A stretch of DNA of 64,000 bases. Origin: Sulfolobales archaeon (GTDB lineage Archaea > Thermoproteota > Thermoprotei_A > Sulfolobales > NBVN01). The position numbers and the translations under genes are program-made. The notes beneath the pieces are model-generated. The model made no database searches. It was not told the origin of the DNA and saw only the letters and a program-made list of their open reading frames with translations. Below, piece after piece: positions 57,225 to 64,000 of the stretch (the stretch's first letter is position 1; each line of letters begins with the position of its first letter). The stretch covers positions 64,316 to 128,315 of the forward strand of contig JAWBTQ010000004.1 in the NCBI GenBank assembly GCA_038841535.1, in the 5' to 3' direction.

Positions 57225-59399
57225 CTAACTATGTTTGCTGCTTCTCGACGATTTCTTGTTATATAGGTAGAGAACTATATAAACGGCTACTATAGCTAAA
57301 GCAATAAGTTCCCTAACTAATACAGACACGGGTACTAAAAGGAATAACCCCATCCCTAGGAGCAATACTCGCTGCGGAATTCCGATAAACGTTCCATGCC
57401 AACCTACTATTCCAGCACTCAGGAGGAGTAGTGAGAGAGCAGAGCTGATGATTCCGTAAGACATGCTGTAAGCAGTCTCCAAGTTCCAGTTGCTCATAGT
57501 GAGGATGAGCAGGGACGGATTTAATGTGAAGATATAGGGAACTAAGTAGCCAGCTACAGCCAGCTTAGTAGCGTTCAGAGCGGTTTTCCAGAAACTAGAT
57601 TTTGCTAAAATAGTGCCAGCGTAAGAAGCGAGAGCTACTGGCGGTGTTAGGTCGGCCATTATGCCGAAGTAGAATACGAACATGTGCGCTACTAGCCTAG
57701 CGGCTTCTAGGTCTATGTTAGTTATTTGTTGTATTGCTCTAGCCATGGGTCCTCCGACTATCGTGGAAGTTATGATGTAGTTAGCTGTAGTTGGGACACC
57801 CATTCCGAGAACCAAGCTTATTGCCATAGCCGTTAACATAAGTATGAATATGTTACCTCCTGAGATATCTACGAGTCTGTAACCTATCTCTGTAGCCCAC
57901 CCAGTAAGTGTTAGGGTGCCTTGGATCAGACCTGCACAAGCAGCAGCTAGAAATATTGTGGCAACACTACGAACAGTTGAGTCGAAGGATCTCAAGAGGG
58001 CGTTAGCGAATTCTCTACCACCCTTCATAATCGTTCCAAGAGCTATGGCTAACGCTATAGCTCCAGAGCCTGATAGAAATATGGCAGCACTTATTGGAAG
58101 ACCGAGGGCGTATCCCATTAGTCCAAGCAGGACTATCGAAGTAATAGCAATTATCTTCGTTGGGAGAGGTATACCCCTCTGATAGATCCAAGCCGAAATT
58201 ATGGCAGCACCAATTGATCCTAGGGCACAGTACTGAGGTTCTAAACCAGCGAGAAGTAAGTATGTAATTAACGGAATAGGGCTAAGTAAGTATATTCCCC
58301 TAATCAGCTGACTAAAGGACGGGAGCTCACTCTTGTTTAGAGGTCTCACATTAAACTTCTTAGTCAACCTATCTACAAAGGCGTAAACTGATAGGAAGTA
58401 CAATAGTGCCGGTATTACGGCTGCTATTATTATATCCCTATAGGGTCTCCCGAGGAACTGAGCCATAACGAACGCTGCAGCTCCCATGATTGGTGGCATG
58501 AGCTGACCACCGGTAGAGGCAGCAGGTTCTACTGCTCCAGCGATCTCTGGTGGGTACCCAGCTTTCTTCATTAGTGGTATAGTGAATGTTCCGGTAGTCA
58601 GGACATTAGCTACAGAGCTACCCGATATTGTTCCCATTAAAGCACTCGCTAGTACTGCTGTTTTTGCTGGACCTCCCCACCTGTGTCCTACTAGAGACAT
58701 AACGAACCTAGTTATGTACTCGCCTACACCGATCTTCTCCAAGATAGAGCCAAAGAAGACGAATGCGAAAACGTATGATACCATTACAAATAGAGGTGTT
58801 GAGAAGATACCCTCTCTAGCGAAGTAAATGTGATTGACGAGGTGCCTAATGTTGAATCCCTTAGAAGCAAAGCCGAAAACTAGGATAGCGCCTGCTATAG
58901 TCGGGAGGGCTGGACCTAGGGACCTTCTCGACGACTCCAATAGAAGCACTATAGCTATTATAGGTATAGCTATGTTAGGTAATGTAGCCTCGACATAGCC
59001 AGCTCTAATTACTGACGGATATATCAGAGACAAGTAAAACATCGATAAAAAAGCTACTAGTGCCAGTATGTAGTCGTAGAGCGGTATTTTCGTTGTAGAA
59101 GTTGCTTTCCTTGTTGCCGGATATATCAGGATCGCTACGAGCATAGCTAGTCCTAGAATAAACGCCATACTCTGCTGTATGTCTGGTACGTAGAGTAGAA
59201 ACCTGAGATCTAGACCTATGTTTTTTAAGACAGTGTATATAGCAAAGTTCAATCCCATTACTAGGACGACTTCATAAAAGGCCATTATAGCGCCTACGGC
59301 TATTATAGCCTTATATAGGCGTCCTACTTTACCTCTCTCAAAAGCTACGGACTCCACCATCTTCGCACCGTACTTACTTATTAAAGTATTCTTAATCAA
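57225..59399 (-). CDS. TRAP transporter fused 4TM/12TM permease
   Basis: GGPAK, SGSSVANV, ASTGGQLMPPIMGAAAF, GMGVPTT and TPPVALA motifs. Confidence 0.92.
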   Translation of the reverse strand: MIKNTLISKYGAKMVESVAFERGKVGRLYKAIIAVGAIMAFYEVVLVMGLNFAIYTVLKNIGLDLRFLLYVPDIQQSMAFILGLAMLVAILIYPATRKATSTTKIPLYDYILALVAFLSMFYLSLIYPSVIRAGYVEATLPNIAIPIIAIVLLLESSRRSLGPALPTIAGAILVFGFASKGFNIRHLVNHIYFAREGIFSTPLFVMVSYVFAFVFFGSILEKIGVGEYITRFVMSLVGHRWGGPAKTAVLASALMGTISGSSVANVLTTGTFTIPLMKKAGYPPEIAGAVEPAASTGGQLMPPIMGAAAFVMAQFLGRPYRDIIIAAVIPALLYFLSVYAFVDRLTKKFNVRPLNKSELPSFSQLIRGIYLLSPIPLITYLLLAGLEPQYCALGSIGAAIISAWIYQRGIPLPTKIIAITSIVLLGLMGYALGLPISAAIFLSGSGAIALAIALGTIMKGGREFANALLRSFDSTVRSVATIFLAAACAGLIQGTLTLTGWATEIGYRLVDISGGNIFILMLTAMAISLVLGMGVPTTANYIITSTIVGGPMARAIQQITNIDLEAARLVAHMFVFYFGIMADLTPPVALASYAGTILAKSSFWKTALNATKLAVAGYLVPYIFTLNPSLLILTMSNWNLETAYSMSYGIISSALSLLLLSAGIVGWHGTFIGIPQRVLLLGMGLFLLVPVSVLVRELIALAIVAVYIVLYLYNKKSSRSSKHS

Positions 59400-59525
59400 C
59401 TTACTTAAGTACTAGATGGCACCAGCAGTTATTCTGACTCAAACTTTGACTAAAGAGGGCGTAGCTATGTGGTGAGATCCTTTATGGTTAGTACATAATT
59501 GTACAATAAATTATTTAGGATATAT

Positions 59526-60517
59526 ATGAGCGCTAAGCAGGAGATAAGAAGTCTGCAGAAACTAGGCAGTTCTCTAGCTCTGTACTTACGAAAGAGTGGT
59601 GCGACAGGAATAACCTGACTAGAGGGTCCAGGGTTAGAGTTAGATACGTGGGTAGACTTCTGTGCGTAGAGACTGAAAGAGATGAGAAGAGAGAGGCTGT
59701 TATAGACTTGGATTATACTCTCGATGCAGATCTAAAGTATGTTTTGATTTCACTATATGTCTTGGGCTTCGACAGAGCGCGGCTTAGCTCTAAAAAGAAA
59801 ATAAGCTCAACTATGAGGAGGCACAGAGTCTCGTTACTGAATTACGCACCAGGTTATGAGATAGTTGAAGAGGGAGAAAACTTTGTGGACGTAGCTATTG
59901 CTCGTGAAGTGGAGGACCCTATAAAGGCACTATCGAGAGAGTTCAACAGCGTCTTTACACTATTTAAGTACGCTATAGAGGCGCTAGAAAGAGCTCCCAG
60001 CGTTCCTGATGAAAACGTGGATGCCATCGAGGAGCTCGACGATGAGGTTGATAGAGCCTGGTTTGAAGTCGAGAGAACGGTCTACAAGAGTATCGGGAGA
60101 ACTTACTTGAGGTCAGCAGAGTCAAGATCGCTGATACCTCTACTACTAGTATCGAGGTGCTTAGAAAGACTATCAGACCACATAGTCCAGCTAGTTCAAG
60201 AAGCTCATGCTTCACCCATACAGCAGTACGGTATCATCGCGCAAATTAGGTCACTCCTGCTAAGCTACCACGACATAGTTGAATTGTTTAAAGAAGTGTT
60301 AGAGAAAAGGGAAAGCACGAGAGACACTAACATCGTAACTAAGCTCATCAACATAATAGAGAATAAGAAATCTTATAAGCACGGCGTTATCCCCAGACTT
60401 CGCAAGGAAGGTGGAATCCTCATCGCTTACCATGTAATGAGGATCTATGACTGCATAACAGACATAGCTGAAGTAGTAACAAACGTTATACTAGATAGTC
60501 CTTACTCTAAGATATGA
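59526..60517 (+). pseudogene. AbrB-PhoU phosphate uptake regulator, frameshifted at about 59589
   Basis: ATG 59526 gives MSAKQEIRSLQKLGSSLALYL; a 1-nt loss (CG for CCG) separates it from KEWCDRNNL..., which is in frame with ORF 59648-60517 (DDEVDR, LERLSDH). Confidence 0.8.
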
Positions 60518-60572
60518 GCAACGTCTTCTAGTTGACTAGTTTGTATTTGTTATGTACTTAAACTGATTCGTT

Positions 60573-60611
60573 TATATGTTATAGCATATTTAACATATAG
60601 TTAAACATATA
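60573..60611. promoter_or_regulatory. Candidate pst operator: TATATGTTA-N9-TAACATATA plus a further AACATATA
   Basis: Perfect 9-bp inverted repeat just upstream of pstS. Confidence 0.4.
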
Positions 60612-60652
60612 CAGTCTTATAATCATCTGTAAACTAAAATGCGTGAGAGGTA

Positions 60653-61854
60653 TTGAAAGTGGGATTCGATTTCGAGAATAAGAATTCGAGAACTCGAACA
60701 TTAATGTTGATAGTGGGTGTAGTATTAGTACTTGGCATAATCAGCAGTCTGATAATTCAAAGACAAATTAGTCAGCCGAGAACAACAGTAGTCAATACCC
60801 CAGCACCTGAAAGTAGAACCACAGTGCGGTCAATATACATCACAAGTGGTGGAGCGTCCTTCATAAACCCACAGATGCGGGCGTGGATCAAGGTATTTAT
60901 GGAGAAAACAGGAGGAACTATCTCAGTAAACTATCAGTCGATCGGTAGTGGGGCCGGAGAAGCTAGGTAGCTAGAGGGAGCACTCGACTTTGGTGCTAGT
61001 GATATCGCTATATCTAAAACTGGTTACGAGAAGCTGAGGGAAAGTGGAAGAAAGTTTATCCAAACACCTATGATAGCTGGAAGTGTAGCCGCAGTCTATA
61101 ATCTGTCTGGTTTTCGCAGGCCGGATGTATCTTAAGGCTCACTGGTGAGACTATTGCTGACATATACTTGGGTAAGATAATCAAGTGGTCTGACCCAAGG
61201 ATCGTTGAGCTTAGGGAGAACAGGTGTCGTGACTTCCTTCCTGATGCTGAAATATTCGGTATACATAGGAGTGACGGTAGTGGTACAACAGCTCTCTTTA
61301 CGATGTACCTCTCCTTGGTATCAAGAGAGTGGGCTGAGAAAGTAGGCTACGGGTACACAGTTACCTGGCCGAGAGATGCCCTAGGTTTAGGTGAGGGAGC
61401 TAGAGGAAACGAGGGAGTGTCAACTAAAGTTCAGGCCACACCTAACTCTATTGGGTACGTCGAACTAGCTTACGCTGTACAGTTGAAGCTTCCGGTAGCG
61501 ATGCTAAGAAACAGGGATGACTATTTCGTATATCCTAAAGCAACTACGGTAGTGAAGGCTTTAAGGATTGCGGCTAAGGATCTACCGGGACCTCGGGAGT
61601 TCTGGGGAGATCTGCTGCCCAAGTATTATATGGATAGAGAAGGTCGATTATCTTATCCGGTCATTGGAACTCCCGCAGTTTTTATGTACCTAGACTTACC
61701 AAAAGACCTAGCGGACGGTCTATACGAGTTCTTCAAGTGGGTTCTGACAGAAGGGCAAAAGTCAGAAAATATTGTCGAAGGCTTCGTACCGCTACCGGAA
61801 GAAATAAGAATTAAAGCGCTACAATACCTTGAGCTACTCAAGTCTAAGGGCTAG
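60653..61854 (+). pseudogene. pstS: Phosphate-binding protein PstS, disrupted
   Basis: YQSIGSGAG, then TAG (60968), then in-frame DFGASD; frameshift near 61125; HRSDGSGTT, GNEGV and IGYVE motifs. Confidence 0.9.
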
Positions 61855-61856
61855 CG

Positions 61857-62365
61857 GGGTAAACTCATATGAGATTAAGCGCTTACTGGATCTATCTACT
61901 GTAGTTTCATTAGCTAACTCCATTCTAATACTCTCCGCAGTCTTCGTTTTTCTAGTCGTAGAAAGTCTTCCAATTATTTCTCGAGACGGTTTGTTGCCTC
62001 TAGTGGCAAGTATTTGGAACCCTAGTAAGGAGGAGTATGGATTTTATTTGCCCTTAGTGGGTCCCTAGTAACAGCTTCTCTAGCCCTAGTTTTCTCACTT
62101 TCTTTATCATAGGGTCCGCCGTAATCTACGCGGAGTTCTCGCGCAGTAGGTTTAGAGTAATAGTAAAGAACTTAATGGACTTAGCAGTATCAATACCCAG
62201 CATAGTTTACAGGTTATGGGAGTTAAAGGTACTGTCTCCAGTTTTAAGGACGCACATCATGGAGCCATTATCGGAGCTAGGCTTCTCGCAATTCGCAGGT
62301 AGACCTACTCTCGCTTGGACATCTATTTTTACAGCCTCGATACTTCTAGCTATAATGGTTACTTC
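61857..62365 (+). pseudogene. pstC: Phosphate permease PstC, frameshifted and 3' truncated
   Basis: WNP...YG, DL..SIPSIVY.LW and [10 protein letters not shown] fragments with frameshifts and stops. Confidence 0.8.
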
Positions 62366-62582
62366 GCTGGCTTCAGCTAAGATCGAAGAGCTTGTAGTGG
62401 AACTCAAGCGAGATGTTACTGTAGTTCTAGTAACACATAACTCATTTCAAGCGTTTAGAGTGTCTGATTACGTCGCCTTCATGTAAGATGGTCAGATTCT
62501 GGAAGTGGGTCCCACCGGGCAGATATTCACTAGACCTAAGAATAAGCTTACTGAGAAGTACATAACGGGGAGGTTTGGGTGA
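62366..62582 (+). pseudogene. pstB: C-terminal remnant of PstB ATPase fused in frame to pstC
   Basis: [40 protein letters not shown]...[10 protein letters not shown]. Confidence 0.88.
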
Positions 62583-63192
62583 TCACATGAAACCTATCTA
62601 TGTGGCTATGGAGGGCGTAAAGAGAAAGCTAAACGAGTTATCAGATATAGTAGCAGAGATCTCGATAAACCTAGTCAATAAGAACTGGGAACCCGACTAC
62701 TATAGATTTAAAGCAGGAGAGGCTCTAAGGCTGAAAGACGAAATCAAGAGGATGATTACCGAGGTAATCGCCCGCTTCCAGCCGACGGCGTCAGACCTCG
62801 GCAACCTCATACTCTTTTACGAGACATCTTACGGCCTGTAGAGATTCTCTAGGTACGCATTAGACGTAGCAAGATCTATATCTACGGTGAGTCCGTAGGG
62901 ATGTAGCTTAGAGAACTCGTGGAGAGCTATCTAGTCAGCAATAACTCTAGTTAAGCTATCTATAAGAGTGCTCTTAACTTACTCTACCGTTGAGCAGACT
63001 TCCCTAGCTGACACACTTAGCTGTGCTGAAAGTCTGGAAAAAGATGTTGACGACACTCTACCGGCATCCCTCAGAAAGGCGTCAACCGCAGCAGATCCTT
63101 GTCTCACGTCAGACTTACTCTCAGTAGTGTTTCTAGAGAGAATAGCCGACCACAGCATCTACGTAATACGTAGCATACTCTCAAATTACTAA
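62575..63192 (+). pseudogene. phoU: PhoU, interrupted by three in-frame TAG stops (62839, 62896, 62932)
   Basis: IARFQPTASDL, YGL*RFSRYA and LERIADH in one frame. Confidence 0.85.
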
Positions 63193-63201
63193 CTTACTCC
63201 C

Positions 63202-63537
63202 TCATTCGTATTCTCTCCAGACATATCCGCACTTAGTACACTTGTAGATCCTAGTCGGAGGTTCATCAGCTCTCCGAGTTTGAAGAACTTCATAGTAAGC
63301 TTCTTCATTACCACACTTAGGGCATTTAACTCCTCTCGCGATTGGTAGACCCACCCTCCTAGAGGTTTCGTCAACCACGACTATTCTCTCCTTCTCCCGC
63401 CTTCTAGATACCAGCTGGGAGTGCTTATAGCTAGTCTTAGCTTGAAGAGTGTATCCGCACTTCGGACACACTAGCACAGTATTTCCATTCTCCTTTCTAG
63501 GGAGCATGAGAGACCCGCACTTCGGGCAAAATTCCAC
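63202..63537 (-). CDS. tfs: Transcription factor S (TFS/RpoM family)
   Basis: FCPKCGS...CPKCG and CPKCG...QTRRADEP...CTKCG motifs. Confidence 0.95.
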   Translation of the reverse strand: MEFCPKCGSLMLPRKENGNTVLVCPKCGYTLQAKTSYKHSQLVSRRREKERIVVVDETSRRVGLPIARGVKCPKCGNEEAYYEVLQTRRADEPPTRIYKCTKCGYVWREYE

Positions 63538-63547
63538 TCCAACTCAC

Positions 63548-63877
63548 CTATCCTATAAGTGAGGTTAGCTCACTAGATAAGCGTTCTAAGAACTCACTGT
63601 AATTTATGATCACATCCCTAAGTTGCCCCGGAAACTTAGATAAGCTACTCAAATCTAGTTGGTCTACCTCTAAAGCTACTGCTGAGAACTGCTTTATTAA
63701 ACCTGCTACCTCATCTTCGTAGCTTAATACGTATACTTTTTCAAGTCCCTTTACACCCCTCAGTATTAAGACTAAAGTTAAACCTTTAGAATGCAGCTTC
63801 TTTATCAAAGCTATCCTAGTCTCCTTTTTACTCTTAGTAAAACCTGCGCAATTCCGGTCAGCAGGCAGGTTCTCCAA
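63548..63877 (-). CDS. Hypothetical protein upstream of tfs
   Basis: Co-oriented ORF with a 10-bp gap to tfs. Confidence 0.6.
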   Translation of the reverse strand: MENLPADRNCAGFTKSKKETRIALIKKLHSKGLTLVLILRGVKGLEKVYVLSYEDEVAGLIKQFSAVALEVDQLDLSSLSKFPGQLRDVIINYSEFLERLSSELTSLIG

Positions 63878-63948
63878 ATCGACACCTCACTAGCGAGCAA
63901 CTGGTTTAAACGGTTTTACGTAATGTAGTGCTTTAGCTACCTATTTCC

Positions 63949-64000
63949 TTAAGATACAGCACTCAGCACTTCCTTAAACCTCTTCATTACTTCATCACTC
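63949..64000 (-). CDS. 3' end of a gene entering from outside the window (…SDEVMKRFKEVLSAVS*), possibly Rpo11/RpoL by synteny with tfs
   Basis: Open helical tail ending in TAA at 63949-63951; identity inferred from context only. Confidence 0.3.
   Translation of the reverse strand, partial: SDEVMKRFKEVLSAVS

Noticed and set aside
60653-63192. Amber (TAG) recoding or pyrrolysine readthrough in pstS and phoU
   Set aside because: The same operon has frameshifts, a TAA stop and a large deletion; many intact genes in the window end at TAG; no pyl genes are seen. Pseudogenisation is simpler.
865-63374. Numerous 60-150 aa ORFs antisense to or nested in well-supported genes (e.g. 1865-2128, 17410-17868, 46925-47317)
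   Set aside because: Shadow ORFs with Ser/Thr/Leu-rich antisense composition that fully overlap conserved genes.

Overview
Archaeal chromosomal window, most consistent with a hyperthermophilic crenarchaeon (Thermoproteota, Desulfurococcales-like). Evidence: intron-containing tRNAs, an ESCRT-III/CdvB-like gene, DUF2153, priS next to pcn, TFS and split MetE. Most of it is housekeeping or metabolic. The standout is the 8.4-kb hydrogenase cluster at the left end. A HydC/HydB (NuoE/NuoF-like, Bfu-type) diaphorase and a group 3 [NiFe] large subunit sit with two chimeric subunits that look like a reciprocal domain swap between a [FeFe]-hydrogenase HydA and a [NiFe] small subunit: HydA-N fused to small-subunit-C, and small-subunit-N fused to 2x[4Fe-4S] plus a degenerate H-cluster domain. 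A conventional group 3b sulfhydrogenase operon follows directly. Other notable items: a hairpin-rich ORF-free kilobase, a methanogen-type SerRS, a TnpB relic with a structured 3' end, a two-copy MITE-like palindromic element, several unannotated small ORFs and a fully decayed pst/phoU phosphate-uptake operon. All calls come from motif recognition by eye; no database searches were run.
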